From the NCBI GenBank assembly GCA_964497435.1, contig CAZCCD010000001.1, positions 87,009 to 151,008 of the forward strand: a DNA stretch of 64,000 nucleotides, written 5' to 3'. The stretch comes from Candidatus Woesearchaeota archaeon (lineage in GTDB: Archaea; Nanobdellota; Nanobdellia; Pacearchaeales; GW2011-AR1). How positions within the stretch are numbered: the first letter of the stretch is position 1; each line of letters starts with the position of its first letter. Shown in pieces: positions 19,582-31,500 of this stretch. A program made the translations under genes and the position numbers. The notes below the pieces were generated by a model. The model did not search any database and had not been told where the DNA came from. It saw only the letters and a program-made list of their open reading frames with translations.

Positions 19582-21933
19582 TTGAACATGAAAGGAAAAG
19601 AGGTAGGTAGTAGAATTTTAGTTATATCATTCATAATAATATTAACTTTATCTATTGTATCTGCAAGCTTTCTTGGAAACCTTTTAAAAGCATTAACTGG
19701 AACAGGGAGAGCAGTGGGAGGAGGTGCCTGTACAGACAGTGATGGACAAGGGAATTTTAACGTTGGAGGTTACGTAACTAAAGATGGAGTAGTATATTAC
19801 GATTATTGTGCTGGAAGTGCTGCTTATGATTATTACTGCCCAATAGGGGGCGATATAGGTGATGATGTAGGTGATACTTCACCACCAACAAGTGGTGCTG
19901 ACGTTGTTCTGTCTTTAGTAAGAGATTCTATAACAGGCGCTGCATCGAGTATAACAGGTGCTGTTGTAACTCCACCACCAACAAGTTCAATAGATTGCAG
20001 GACTTTTGGCCAGGGGATAACTTGTATTGGAGGAGGGCAATGTGGGTGTGTAGATGGAACAACAAAAACCTGCGGCCCCATAGAAGGAAATGAAGGAGAA
20101 TGTAATTTAGGAACTACAACATGCACAAATGGAAATTATCCTTCCTCATGTCAAGGAGCTATATATCCTGTATCTGAAACATGTAATGGCCTCGACGATG
20201 ATTGTGATGGAATAAGAGATGATGGAAATTTGTGTCCGAGTGGATATACGTGTAGTCCTACAGCTAAAACATGTGTTCTTCAAGTTGGTGGAGGTTGTAC
20301 TGATTCTGATAATGATACTTATAGCATAAACGGAGGGAATTGTGGAACTATCGACTGCAACGACAATAATGCAAACATTAATCCAGGCGCAACAGAAATA
20401 TGTGGGAATGGTATTGATGAAGATTGCAGTGGGGCAGATTTAACATGTCCTCCTAACACTATAACTTACTATTGTGATACTGATAGAGATGGATTCAAAA
20501 ATAAAATTGCATCTGGAACATGCAATCAAGGATCGACAGGGTGTCCTCCACTAGGATGTATTTCTACACAAGGAAATGACTGCAATGATAATAATGATGC
20601 CATAAATCCAACAGAGGACGAAATTTGTGATGACAATATTGACAATGATTGTGATGATGATGTAGATGATGATGATTCAGAATGTTACATACCTCCTCCA
20701 GAATGCTTTGATTCTGACAGAGACGGATATGGAAAAGCAGGCTCAACAGGATGTTTAAAATCAGGAATTGATTGTAATGATATTGAAGGATCTGGAGAGA
20801 ATATAAATCCCGGAGAAGAAGAAGTTTGTGATGGAATAGACAATGATTGTAATACCAATACTATAGAAGGCAACATCCTTGATGTTGTAACCTGCCAGCC
20901 CTTAAACAAAAATGCAGGTGGAGCTTGTTTATCAATTTCTATAAAGTGTGTTTCTGGAACAATGGAAACATGTACATCTAAAGGATATTTAAATCCAGCC
21001 TCTACAGAAAACAAAAATGATGACATAGACAATAACTGCGATGGAACAGTTGATGAAGGTACAGAATGCAGCACTAATGGAGAAACAAAATTCTGTAACA
21101 CAGAATGCGAGCCAGGAAAACAAACTTGTGTTAATAAAGAGTGGGGGCAGTGTGTTCTTGATTCTAATCCAGACCTTCCTTCTTCATGCACTAACAGAGA
21201 ATGTACTCCAGGTAATTCTGCGGTCTGTGGGACAAATCTCGGAGCATGTATGGTCGGCTTAAAAACCTGTGACAGTGTTGGAAAGTGGGGGGGGTGTGAA
21301 GGAGACATAGGTCCTGAAACAGAGATCTGCAATGACGGAGTTGACAATGATTGTGATGGTTTTGCTGATGGAGAAGAAATAGATTGCGGAGGAGATAGAG
21401 GAACAGCAGCAGGCACAGATGACTCTGGAACTATTGGAGAAGAAGGAGAAGAATCATCAATAGAGCAAGGAACACCTACAACATCTGAAGATATTCAAAG
21501 ACAAAAGAAAATAGAATGGACAAAAAAATCATTCTTTCAAAAAATATGGTCGGTAATACTAAGCATATTCAATGTAGGAAGAAGTGTTCTTGGAAATGTT
21601 GTAGCAGAAACAGCTGATATACACTGCAGCGATTCTGACAGAGGGAAAGACTATTTCAACAAAGGAACAGGAAGTGGATTAAATGCACAAGACGAAGAAA
21701 TATGGTTTGTTGATTTCTGCTACCAAGAAAATCAAAACAACCAGGTTGAAAAATGCGGAGGAGATGATTGCTTCTTGAAAGAATATGCATGTGATAATCC
21801 TTACGTTAATGCAGAGACAGAAATAAAATGTCAGTACGGATGCATAAATGGGGCATGTGTCCCTGACGCAAGTTTAAGTGACAGCTGCATATACTTTGAT
21901 AAAGAAACCTGGAAATGGATGAATATTTGTTGA
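19582..21933 (+). CDS. Secreted Cys/Asp-rich repeat protein (MopE-related putative metal-binding motifs)
   Basis: Signal/TM segment; multiple DCND....NPGxxExCxxxIDNDC repeats; CxDSD modules at both ends. Confidence 0.8.
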   Translation: MNMKGKEVGSRILVISFIIILTLSIVSASFLGNLLKALTGTGRAVGGGACTDSDGQGNFNVGGYVTKDGVVYYDYCAGSAAYDYYCPIGGDIGDDVGDTSPPTSGADVVLSLVRDSITGAASSITGAVVTPPPTSSIDCRTFGQGITCIGGGQCGCVDGTTKTCGPIEGNEGECNLGTTTCTNGNYPSSCQGAIYPVSETCNGLDDDCDGIRDDGNLCPSGYTCSPTAKTCVLQVGGGCTDSDNDTYSINGGNCGTIDCNDNNANINPGATEICGNGIDEDCSGADLTCPPNTITYYCDTDRDGFKNKIASGTCNQGSTGCPPLGCISTQGNDCNDNNDAINPTEDEICDDNIDNDCDDDVDDDDSECYIPPPECFDSDRDGYGKAGSTGCLKSGIDCNDIEGSGENINPGEEEVCDGIDNDCNTNTIEGNILDVVTCQPLNKNAGGACLSISIKCVSGTMETCTSKGYLNPASTENKNDDIDNNCDGTVDEGTECSTNGETKFCNTECEPGKQTCVNKEWGQCVLDSNPDLPSSCTNRECTPGNSAVCGTNLGACMVGLKTCDSVGKWGGCEGDIGPETEICNDGVDNDCDGFADGEEIDCGGDRGTAAGTDDSGTIGEEGEESSIEQGTPTTSEDIQRQKKIEWTKKSFFQKIWSVILSIFNVGRSVLGNVVAETADIHCSDSDRGKDYFNKGTGSGLNAQDEEIWFVDFCYQENQNNQVEKCGGDDCFLKEYACDNPYVNAETEIKCQYGCINGACVPDASLSDSCIYFDKETWKWMNIC

Positions 21934-22394
21934 TCTCCTTTAAATTTGTATTATGAATTTTCTCTTAATAACGTGAATATCAATTTTAATATTAATAAGA
22001 AAAATACAATGACATGATAAATTATTCATTAAAATTAATTTATAGCGAAGATAAGAAAGGTAATAAGCCAAATATGTTAATAATGAATTTATTCTTACAT
22101 TATTTTATGTTAAGTTATAAACTTGATTTAATACAAATTAATTATTTTAAAATTAATCAATCATAAGAATTATTGTTAAGCCAAAAGATGATGAAATATA
22201 AGTTAAAATGCTTATAATTATCCATAATTTATCTAGGGGGTTTTATTTTTCCATTTATAAAAACTATAGAAATTGTTAATTCAAAAGATGATTTATTTAA
22301 ATTGATATTTTAACTTTGTCTTTATTTATAAGATTATATTGGTGAGTAACATTAAACTTTATTAGTAATATTAAAAATAATCTTTATATTAAAT

Positions 22395-22691
22395 TTATCT
22401 TCCTCGTTTTCTTACAAAATGTCCTATTAATATCCCTATCAAGAATGCTGTGACAAAAGTGAGAATCAGTCCTACTGCTATTTGACTAGGAGTTAATCCA
22501 AAATAAACAAAAGAATTTATACAGAAATTTCCCATTGCTTCTTCCATGCTTGATATAAATCCTCCTACTCCAAGAATAGTTCCAAGCACATATAATGCAA
22601 AGTTGTATATTACTAAAGCCAAGATTCCCACAAACCCATCAATCAACCATACAGGAACAGTTACCTCTCTTTTTTGTTTATTCTTTACCAT
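22395..22691 (-). CDS. Small membrane protein
   Basis: Two hydrophobic helices, basic termini. Confidence 0.65.
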   Translation of the reverse strand: MVKNKQKREVTVPVWLIDGFVGILALVIYNFALYVLGTILGVGGFISSMEEAMGNFCINSFVYFGLTPSQIAVGLILTFVTAFLIGILIGHFVRKRGR

Positions 22692-22744
22692 CTTCCCTCT
22701 TTTATATATTAATAAGTTATTCCTGTTTTTTAAAGCTTTTTATT

Positions 22745-23569
22745 TTAGTATATATCTAATAATTCTTCTTTTTCATTGAGTGTTTTTTGTTTTTCTACTT
22801 TTGGAGGTTTGTTGCCCCATGCAGGACAAATTGATTTGTATTCGCACCAATTACAAAGAGGTGATTTAATTGGAGGAAAAGAAACTGTTGCCTCGATCTT
22901 TTTTATTAATTCAAGAGTTTCTAATTTAAGCTTTTCAAGTTCTTGCTCTGTTTTTTTTATTTTTACTTTTTTGTTATATGCAAGGTAATGCCAGATCATA
23001 GAAACGTCTTTTCCATATCTTTCTTTTATTGCCATTGAATAAAGAGCAAGCTGTCTATCATTTTCCATTTCTCCATGCCTAGGAGGATTTCCAGATGTTT
23101 TGTAATCATGTATTTCATATTCTTCTGTTTTTAGGTTATAAGAAAGTCTATCTATGAAACCTTGAACTTTATACACTCTATTTTCATCTAATTCTAAGAC
23201 AACTTTTTTTTCTACATCAATAGTATTATCATCAAAAGGCTTATTTTCCATGTAATAAATCAACAAAAATTGCACGCCTTTATTAAAATAATCTCTTGGA
23301 GTTAAATTCTTATTGGCATTAATAAAATCTGGAGAAAAATCTTCCTCCCATTTCCTTGAATAATATTTTATAAGTTCCTCAATAGAAGGAATTTTCTTAT
23401 TTTTAACATTCAAGTAAAGCCACTCTAAAGTTAAATGAACAACCCCTCCTAAATGAGCCTCTATGCTTTTTTCAATTTCAGGAATTATCTTATCTTTATA
23501 CCTAAATTTAAATTTTAAAGGGCATTGTTCAAATGTCTTTAATCTTGAATTCGAATAAATTTCTGGCAT
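22745..23569 (-). CDS. PD-(D/E)XK RecB-family nuclease
   Basis: SxSRL..F..CP.KF; GFIDRL...IHDYKT; QLALY; CNWCEY..IC. Confidence 0.88.
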   Translation of the reverse strand: MPEIYSNSRLKTFEQCPLKFKFRYKDKIIPEIEKSIEAHLGGVVHLTLEWLYLNVKNKKIPSIEELIKYYSRKWEEDFSPDFINANKNLTPRDYFNKGVQFLLIYYMENKPFDDNTIDVEKKVVLELDENRVYKVQGFIDRLSYNLKTEEYEIHDYKTSGNPPRHGEMENDRQLALYSMAIKERYGKDVSMIWHYLAYNKKVKIKKTEQELEKLKLETLELIKKIEATVSFPPIKSPLCNWCEYKSICPAWGNKPPKVEKQKTLNEKEELLDIY

Positions 23570-23600
23570 CTTTTATTAAAAGAAAAATAGTTTATAAAAA

Positions 23601-26600
23601 TTATCCATTATCAATGTTTTCCTGGACTTTAACTAGATCAGTGACATAATCTCCTGGTTGGAGTTTTACGACTCTAACACCTTGTGTAGCTCTTCCCATG
23701 ACTCTAATGTTTTTTAAAGAAGTTCTTATGACTATTCCTTTTGCAGTTGTAATAATTATTCCATCAGAATCATTGACAGAGACAGTATTAACAACCTCTC
23801 CTGTCTTGTCAGTGACTTTAAGATTGATTACTCCTTTGCCCGCCCTTGCTGTTTTTCTATAATCATTAACAGCTGTTCTCTTTCCATAACCTTTCTTAGT
23901 TATTGTGAAAACAGCCTCTGTCTTTAAAATTTCAAGGCTAACAACGCTATCATTGTCAAGCTTTATCCCTGTAACACCATAACTAGCTCTTCCCATATCT
24001 CTAACTTCTTCTTCATTAAATCTTATTGCTTTTCCTTTTTTAGTCGCTATCAAAACTTCCTGTCCTTTCTTAACAACTTCAACACCAACAAGCTCATCAG
24101 TATTGTCATTAGGAAGGTTTATTGCCCTTACTCCAGAAGCCCTTGGTTTTGAAAAATGTTTCAAAGATATTTTCTTAACCATTCCTTTTTTAGTAACCAT
24201 AAACAAATAATAATCAAAATTCTTTATAGAAATAACATTTGTTATTGCTTCGTTGCTTAACTTCACCATATTCACTATTGCTTTCCCTTTACTATATCTT
24301 TCAACTTCAGGAACATCATAGGCCTTAAGCCATAAAACCCTGCCTCTTGTTGTGAAAAATATTAAATAATCATGAGTAGAACAGTTTATTAATTGCTTTA
24401 CAAAATCTCCTGTAGCCAAATTGCTTCCTATTACTCCTTTCCCTCCTCTTTTCTGCTCTTTATAAGCTTTAACATCCATTCTCTTACAATATCCCTTATC
24501 AGTTATTGTAACTACTATCTCTTTTTCTTGGACCAAATCTTTCTCAGAAATTTCAGAGATTCTTTGTAAAACCTGGGTCCTTCTTTTATCACCGTATTTG
24601 TTTTTCAGTTCTGATGTTTCTTTAATAATTATCTTCAAAATTTCGTTTATATCTCCAAGAATTTTTTCAAGCTCTGCAATTCTCAATTTTAAATCTTCTG
24701 ACTCTTTCTTCAATTTATCTCTTTCAAGAGTTGTAAGCTGTTGAAGTTTTGTTTCCAAGACAGCTTGAGCCTGTTTTTTAGTCAGCTTGAATTGATTAAC
24801 TAAGGCATCTGAGGCTTCCAAAACCCCTTTGGATTTCTTTATAGTTACTATTACTTCATCTATGTTTTTTAATGCAATCAAAAGACCCTCGACAATTTCC
24901 TGCCTTTCCTTGGCAATTTTCAACTCAAACTTAGTTCTGTTTGTAACCATTAATTTTCTGTGATTGACAAAAGCCTCAAGAACTTCTTTTATATTAAGGA
25001 CTATTGGTTCTTTTCCAACAAGCGCGAGAAAATTAACATTAAAACTATCTTGAAGTCTCGTGTATTTGTAAAGCGCATTCGTAATAAACTTTGGATTAGC
25101 ACCTCTCCTTAATTCAATAACAACTCTTATATCTCCTTTAGAACTCTCGTCCCTTAAATCAGCAATATCTTTTATTTTTTTATTCTGTATAAGATTCGCA
25201 ATTTCTTCAATAAGAAAGCTTTTATTTAACATATAAGGAATCTCTGTTACAACAATTGCTTCTTTTCCTCTTATATTTTCTATAGTTGTCTTTCCTCTTA
25301 CAATTATTCTACCTCTTCCTGTCTTATAAAGCTCAAGCATGTCTCCTTGAATTAAGCCTCCAGTAGGAAAATCAGGCCCTGATATTATCTCACATATTTT
25401 CTCTATTGAAATTTCTGGATTTTTTATATAAGCATTAATTGCGTCGCAAACTTCAATTATGTTATGTGGAGGAATGTTTGTGGCCATGCCAACAGCAATT
25501 CCTGAAGCTCCGTTAAGGAGGAGTGTTGGTAGTTTTCCTGGTAGTAATTCTGGCTCTTTTAAAGAATTGTCAAAATTAGGCAAGAACTTAACAGTTTCTT
25601 TTTCAATATCTTGAAGAAGCTCCATAGTTATAGACATTAATCTTGCTTCAGTGTTATGGCTTATGAATCCATTTGATATAAAAGAATGACAATTACTATC
25701 TACTTTTATAGAATAGACTTTTTGTTTTTCTGTTTTTTCAACAGAAACAATTCTATCAAACAAATATTGGTAAGTTAAAAAATATTCAAATAAAGATTTA
25801 AGGTTAATTCCTGTCCTTTTTAATACAATAGAGGAAATCCTTTGATAATTTTGTCTCATATTAGAATACCTATCAAAATTATGCTTCACAACAAATTCAT
25901 TATCAGAATATTTCGCTAATCTTCTAATAAAATCTGATAAGAATGGAACGAAGTCCTTGGAAGAATATTCCTTTTTATATAATAAAAGAGCAAATTCTAA
26001 TTTTTTATTTTTTCTCTCAGATAAAAATCCTAATTCTTTATAAAATCTTAAAAAATTTCTTTTTCCTCTTATTTGTAGAAGATGTAAATTCTTATATTTA
26101 TCATATCTCTTAAACGAATCTATTCCAAACCTCAAAAGAGATGTTTGCATTATTCTGATTATTTCTTCGCTTGTTGAGCAAAGTCTTATTTCCATGAATT
26201 TTTTTGAGTAACTAATGTTTCCTTCACCTTCGTAAAAAATTCTTATAAAGGTTGAAATAATCTCTTTAGGGGATTTTAAGATTAACAAAGGAATCTTTTT
26301 TTCTTTTGATTTAACAGGCTCTAATCCTATATTTTTAAGGAATTCTATAGTATGCCTGCAATGACACTCAAGTCTATAATATTCTTTTTTTCCGAAAGAA
26401 GAAGGTTTTCTTTTAAATTTATGTAATTTACTATCGGGAAAAACCCTATCCCATCTTGTTTGAAGTTCTGTTATCCAAGGCTCATCAACGTTACAAAATT
26501 CTATTTTATTTTTAGAAATTGAGCCTTCCGAGATAAAAGAAGCCAAAATAAAAGCTACATTTTCATCTAAAAATTCTGGAAGAATTCTTTTTTTTGTTCT

Positions 26601-27347
26601 GTTATTTTTTGCAACAGGATAATATTCTTTTAATTCAATTTTTTGTTTTGGCCAAAAATCATCTTGAAGTCTATCAAGTACAACAACGTCTCCTTCTCTT
26701 ATCTGCTCTAAGGTTTTCCACATAAAAATAGGTCTCTTAAATTCATCAGTAGCTATTGTCAAAACGGGGTGATTATAACTTCCCATCAAAGTATAACCTT
26801 TGTCTGTAGCTATTTTGATTGTTTCGTGTTCACCAGAATCAAACCATTTTGAAACATTATTTACTTTTTTGTCTTTTGAAAGAACTCTTACTTCTTTATC
26901 AGATATTTCATCAATTCTTATTAAGCCTTTGTCTGTTAAAACAAGAGAGTCACCGCTAACACAATACCTGTAAGCAGCAGGAGGATCCCCATCAATTGAT
27001 CCAAAATTTCCCTGACCAAAAACAAGAGGATATCTCAATGAAAAATCCTGCGCCATTCTTACTAAAGCATCGTAAACAGCTGTATCTCCATGCGGATGGA
27101 ATTTTCCAATAACATCGCCAACAACTCTTGCTGATTTTTTTGTTTGAGTCCCTGGTTTTAGGCCCATTTGGTTCATTGCATAAAGAATTCTTCTTTGCAC
27201 AGGCTTTAATCCATCTTCTACAGAAGGTATCGCCCTTGAAACAATTACAGACATGGCATAATCTAGGTAAGCTTTCTTAACTTCTTCAGATATCTCTGTA
27301 TTAAAAATGCCTTTTTCTAATTCTTTCTGATTTAATTCTTCTGCCAT
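23601..27347 (-). CDS. gyrA: DNA gyrase subunit A with intein
   Basis: [32 protein letters not shown]|intein|TEARL, GyrA-box QKRGGKG. Confidence 0.97.
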   Translation of the reverse strand: MAEELNQKELEKGIFNTEISEEVKKAYLDYAMSVIVSRAIPSVEDGLKPVQRRILYAMNQMGLKPGTQTKKSARVVGDVIGKFHPHGDTAVYDALVRMAQDFSLRYPLVFGQGNFGSIDGDPPAAYRYCVSGDSLVLTDKGLIRIDEISDKEVRVLSKDKKVNNVSKWFDSGEHETIKIATDKGYTLMGSYNHPVLTIATDEFKRPIFMWKTLEQIREGDVVVLDRLQDDFWPKQKIELKEYYPVAKNNRTKKRILPEFLDENVAFILASFISEGSISKNKIEFCNVDEPWITELQTRWDRVFPDSKLHKFKRKPSSFGKKEYYRLECHCRHTIEFLKNIGLEPVKSKEKKIPLLILKSPKEIISTFIRIFYEGEGNISYSKKFMEIRLCSTSEEIIRIMQTSLLRFGIDSFKRYDKYKNLHLLQIRGKRNFLRFYKELGFLSERKNKKLEFALLLYKKEYSSKDFVPFLSDFIRRLAKYSDNEFVVKHNFDRYSNMRQNYQRISSIVLKRTGINLKSLFEYFLTYQYLFDRIVSVEKTEKQKVYSIKVDSNCHSFISNGFISHNTEARLMSITMELLQDIEKETVKFLPNFDNSLKEPELLPGKLPTLLLNGASGIAVGMATNIPPHNIIEVCDAINAYIKNPEISIEKICEIISGPDFPTGGLIQGDMLELYKTGRGRIIVRGKTTIENIRGKEAIVVTEIPYMLNKSFLIEEIANLIQNKKIKDIADLRDESSKGDIRVVIELRRGANPKFITNALYKYTRLQDSFNVNFLALVGKEPIVLNIKEVLEAFVNHRKLMVTNRTKFELKIAKERQEIVEGLLIALKNIDEVIVTIKKSKGVLEASDALVNQFKLTKKQAQAVLETKLQQLTTLERDKLKKESEDLKLRIAELEKILGDINEILKIIIKETSELKNKYGDKRRTQVLQRISEISEKDLVQEKEIVVTITDKGYCKRMDVKAYKEQKRGGKGVIGSNLATGDFVKQLINCSTHDYLIFFTTRGRVLWLKAYDVPEVERYSKGKAIVNMVKLSNEAITNVISIKNFDYYLFMVTKKGMVKKISLKHFSKPRASGVRAINLPNDNTDELVGVEVVKKGQEVLIATKKGKAIRFNEEEVRDMGRASYGVTGIKLDNDSVVSLEILKTEAVFTITKKGYGKRTAVNDYRKTARAGKGVINLKVTDKTGEVVNTVSVNDSDGIIITTAKGIVIRTSLKNIRVMGRATQGVRVVKLQPGDYVTDLVKVQENIDNG
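25653..26963 (-). mobile_element. 437-aa LAGLIDADG intein in GyrA, directly after the catalytic Tyr
   Basis: Starts CVSGDS, ends FISHN followed by Thr; blocks [10 protein letters not shown] and [10 protein letters not shown]. Confidence 0.93.
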
Positions 27348-27361
27348 TTTAAATTCTATTT

Positions 27362-27541
27362 TTAATCATAACCAAAATCTTCATGCGATAAGAAAAGTTC
27401 ATTCTCATCATCTAAATTGATTGTTACTGATTCTTTGTTTTCTTTAAGTTCTCTTAATCTTTCCATCCATTCATCAATCTCCTTGTCACTTAAAGAAACT
27501 TCAGTAACCTCAACTTCAATTTCTTCATTATTTTCTTCCAT
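27362..27541 (-). CDS. Small acidic hypothetical protein
   Basis: [10 protein letters not shown]... co-oriented within the gyrase operon; start at 27541 avoids overlap. Confidence 0.6.
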   Translation of the reverse strand: MEENNEEIEVEVTEVSLSDKEIDEWMERLRELKENKESVTINLDDENELFLSHEDFGYD

Positions 27542-27542
27542 T

Positions 27543-27806
27543 TTAATCTCCTTTGTCAAAGATTTTTAAAAATTCTTCTTCTCCAACCTCTTCATTAATA
27601 ATCTCCACTCCTTTCCATTTGCATCTACGACACTCCCATTCCCCCTTACCTCTACCTTCTTCTATTCCAAGGACAACCCCTATTTCAGCACTCTTGCATT
27701 TTGGGCATTTTCTGACTTTGTAAACCTTACTTTTAATTTTAGCTTTTGGTTTTTCCTTTCCTTTCAATATCCAGTCAGGTGTCTGTATTTTAGATTTTTT
27801 TGGCAT
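27543..27806 (-). CDS. Zinc-ribbon protein
   Basis: CPKC...WECRRC. Confidence 0.7.
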   Translation of the reverse strand: MPKKSKIQTPDWILKGKEKPKAKIKSKVYKVRKCPKCKSAEIGVVLGIEEGRGKGEWECRRCKWKGVEIINEEVGEEEFLKIFDKGD

Positions 27807-27816
27807 GTTTATAATA

Positions 27817-27969
27817 TTACTTTAGTTTGTCTTTATTTTCAAATTGCGGAAATAAATTATTTTGATAATTGCAGTCATTGCATTTATACATTGGAGTTGA
27901 ATCTTTTATATTAGAAGCTATAATAACATTAGTTGACTTGCATTTCTGGCAGGATATTTTTAGTTTCAT
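27817..27969 (-). CDS. 50-aa zinc-ribbon protein (below the ORF-track cutoff)
   Basis: Manual translation MKLKISCQKCKSTNVIIASNIKDSTPMYKCNDCNYQNNLFPQFENKDKLK; fills the operon gap. Confidence 0.75.
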   Translation of the reverse strand: MKLKISCQKCKSTNVIIASNIKDSTPMYKCNDCNYQNNLFPQFENKDKLK

Positions 27970-27972
27970 TTT

Positions 27973-28581
27973 TTAAACAATAACTCCTAAGTTTTTTAGT
28001 TCTCTTTTCATTTGATCAAAATTCTCAAACTTTATTGTTTTAATCCCAATGCTTTTGGCATTATCTATATTTTTAGGATGATCATCTATAAGCACAATTT
28101 CTTCAGGCTTAACTTTAAGATCATTAATTATCTTATCAAAAGCTCCTTTTTCTCTCTTAATTTTCCCAATATCAAAAGAAGTAAAAGAGATATCAAAAGA
28201 TTTGAGATGACTTTGTTCAATGTGAGCTTGGAAATGAATATCATTAGTGTCGGTATAACAAACAACCTTAAATTTATTCTTTAATTTATTAATAATATTC
28301 TTGACTTCTTTATTTACTTTTTTGTATTTCATATATAATTCTTTATAATATTCAGTTACTTCTTTAGGATTAAGATTCTTATCTTTACAAATTTCAGTAA
28401 ATACATCAAGCATTTTTGCTTTTCCTTTTTGAGATTTATTATAAATTTCATTAATTTTTGGTCCATAACTACTTCTGATTAAAGTGCTTATACCATATCT
28501 TTTACTCATATCCTCATCTATTTTCTTCCAATCAATATCAAAACACACACTTCCTAAGTCAAAAATTATTGTTTTTATCAT
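27973..28581 (-). CDS. HAD-family phosphatase
   Basis: IIFDLGSV, K...F, LIDD...N...A..IGI. Confidence 0.88.
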   Translation of the reverse strand: MIKTIIFDLGSVCFDIDWKKIDEDMSKRYGISTLIRSSYGPKINEIYNKSQKGKAKMLDVFTEICKDKNLNPKEVTEYYKELYMKYKKVNKEVKNIINKLKNKFKVVCYTDTNDIHFQAHIEQSHLKSFDISFTSFDIGKIKREKGAFDKIINDLKVKPEEIVLIDDHPKNIDNAKSIGIKTIKFENFDQMKRELKNLGVIV

Positions 28582-28583
28582 TT

Positions 28584-31500
28584 TTAAACATCCAAATTCG
28601 CAGTTTGCGCATTGTCTTGTATAAACTCTTTTCTTGCCTGAACATCGTCTCCCATTAACATTGAAAAAACCCTATCAGCCTCAATAGCATCTTCTATATA
28701 TATTTTTTTAATCTTTCTTGTTTTAGGATTCATTGTTGTTTCCCAAAGTTGGTCAAGAGACATTTCTCCAAGCCCTTTAAACCTTGTAACAAGAGCCTTG
28801 CCTAATTTCTCACTGAGTTTTTTTAGTTCTTTGTCAGAATAAACATAATGGTCTTTGTTTTTTCTTACTCTGTACAAAGGAGGCATAGCGACATAAATAT
28901 TCCCCCCTTCAATTAAATGAGGCATAAACCTAAAAAAGAAAGTAAGCAATAAAGTCTTTATATGCTCTCCATCAACATCAGCATCAGTATTATGACAGCA
29001 TAATCCTCCAAAGCCAGCCACAAAATTCTCATCTTCGTCAACTGAAAAGTCATAGACATCACTGCTGCTACATTCCACTTCTTGAATATCTTTAACCTCT
29101 AATCCAACCAAATCTTCCGAGATTGCGACAAATTTTTGATTAATAGAAAAGTGAACACCTTCTATTTTGGCTTGCAATAGATGAGCATTTCTATGGTTCT
29201 CCCATATCCTTTTTAATATCAACAAGTTATTTTTAGAGTTAACGCTAACAGTGTAAACGCGATGTTTAGAAATTATTGAGCTATTGATACTTGGTTCTCT
29301 CTCGCTAATACTAGCCATTACACCAAAAGATTGCAAAAGATACATTAGCTGGTCAGCTAAATCTCTCGATACAGTAGTAAATGAAAGATTATGTTTAGAT
29401 AAGGTCCCGTCTCCTAAAAAGTAAGTTCTCAAAAATTCAAGCTGTAAATCTCTACTTACATTAAAGGCAATTGAAGGCATTTTTTTATTTATTGATGTTG
29501 ATTTCTCCAAATTAAAAATAAATTTCCAGAATAAAGCCACAATTTTATTAACGAGTTTCAGCTCTCCACAAGTTTGATGGTTTTTTGCATAAGAAAGTTT
29601 AGCAGGCAATCCAAATACTTCTTTAAAAGCCATGTTTAGTTCAGGCGCAAGACAAGTATCATTATTACCAATTGCCATTCTTAACCCGTTTCTCAGGGAC
29701 CATGAGCCTTCTGCAAGCCAGAATCCCATAAGTTTCATAAAAGATTTATTAACCTGAATATACCTACCGAGTCCTTGGTGCGCATAATGTTCCGCGCAAA
29801 TAATAATATCTTCACCGATATAAGACAAATCAGATTCTTCTATCTCTGCAAGAGAGATATAATTCTTAACTTTATTCCTGCCAGAATTTTTATATTGCCT
29901 TTCCCATACATTATCCAAATGAGATTTAACAATCTGTACTTGAGATAATACTTGACCTTTATCCATCCCCAAAGTTTTAATATATTCTTCAAACTTTTTA
30001 AGAGTTGGCTTATTCTTTCCCCTTTCCCAATCATAATAAGTACATGGTTGCTTAATACCAACATTTTCACAAATGAATTGCTGAGACAATTTGTTCTCTT
30101 CTCTATGGCTTCTTATTTTTTTTCTAACTTCTTCTGGAATAATTACTCTTTCTCCAACCAAATTATCGTCATCTTTGTACTTTTCCAGTAATTTGTGTTT
30201 TAGTAATTCACTTATAGAATTGCCTCTAATATAGACACTCACCGTAATATTTTTTTTATTTCGCACCAATAATGAAAGGAGGTCTATTTTTTTAGGATAA
30301 TTATAATTATACAAAGGCAAATTCTTTGGTGCAACAATTTTATCACCTTTTTTTATTTCATTTCCTTTTTTAAGCCTAACTTCATTATTCTCATAAACGA
30401 AAACGCTATGGGATGAGGTAACTTTTACACTTCTTCCATACGAAGTCTTAATTTCATATAATGTCTCATCAATAGGATGTTTAATTACTGCTTTAATAGA
30501 CTTAAATTGAGATCTCATAGTTTTTAGGTTAAAGCAAAGCACTTTATAATTTGAAACATTTAATTTATTTTCAATAGCAAAATCGATGAATTCACCAATT
30601 TTTACACACCGAATCTCTCCTTGTGGAGTTTGAATAAAAGTTGTTTCCCGCCCATCCACACTCATAATAATTATTTTTCCATATCTTAATTTATTGATAT
30701 CAAATTGCTCGCCAACACCGGTCCCAATTACTGTAATCATATTTGCAATTTCTTCACTTGATAGTGCTTTTGAAGGATTTGCCTTTTCAATGTTTAATAT
30801 TTTTCCTTTCAAAGGAAGAATTGCTTGAATTTCTTTGCTTCTTGCTTGTTTGGCACTGCCTCCTGCACTCTCTCCTTCAACAAGATACAGTTCTGTGTCT
30901 TCTGTCTTCTTTTTTGAACAGTCTGCGAGTTTTCCAGGCAAACCTCCTAATGAAAAAGCACTCTTTCTCCTTACTAAATCTTTTGCTTTCTTAGCAGCAA
31001 CCCTTGCTTTTGCAGACTCCATGACTTTAAGGGCTATTTTTTTAGCAATTGGTGGATTTTCCTCAAAAAATTCAGAAAGAGCAGAACTAGATATTGAGTC
31101 AACAATTCCCTTAATATCAGAATTTCCAAGTTTTGTTTTTGTTTGCCCCTCAAACTGTGGCTCTGCCATCTTCAAGCTTATAATAGCTGTGAGCCCTTCT
31201 CTTGTATCATCTCCTGTCAAATCAATTTCTTTTCCATTTCCTGTTTTTTTTAAATAATCATTAATCACTCTTGTCAAAGCTGTTTTAAATCCAGAAACAT
31301 GGGTTCCTCCTTCAACAGTGTTAATTGTATTTACAAAACCAAAAATATTTTCTTGATACCCTGTATTGTATTGAACAGCCACTTCTAAAACATTATCTTT
31401 ACTTTCACGTTTAAAATATATTGGTTTATGAAGAGCTTCTTTTGACCTATTTATCCATTTTACGAACTCTATTAAACCTCCGGCTGCAAAAAATTCCTCT

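Noticed and set aside
9517..21416. Long antisense ORFs (9517-10206, 20685-21416) and other shadow ORFs in the track
   Set aside because: They overlap well-supported genes on the opposite strand or in another frame and carry no recognisable motifs.
21934..22394. Replication origin in a very AT-rich spacer
   Set aside because: No ORB-like repeats and no adjacent cdc6/orc1 gene; AT richness alone is not sufficient.
22745..23569. Cas4 / CRISPR system
   Set aside because: No array or other cas genes; the protein fits a stand-alone RecB-like PD-(D/E)XK nuclease.
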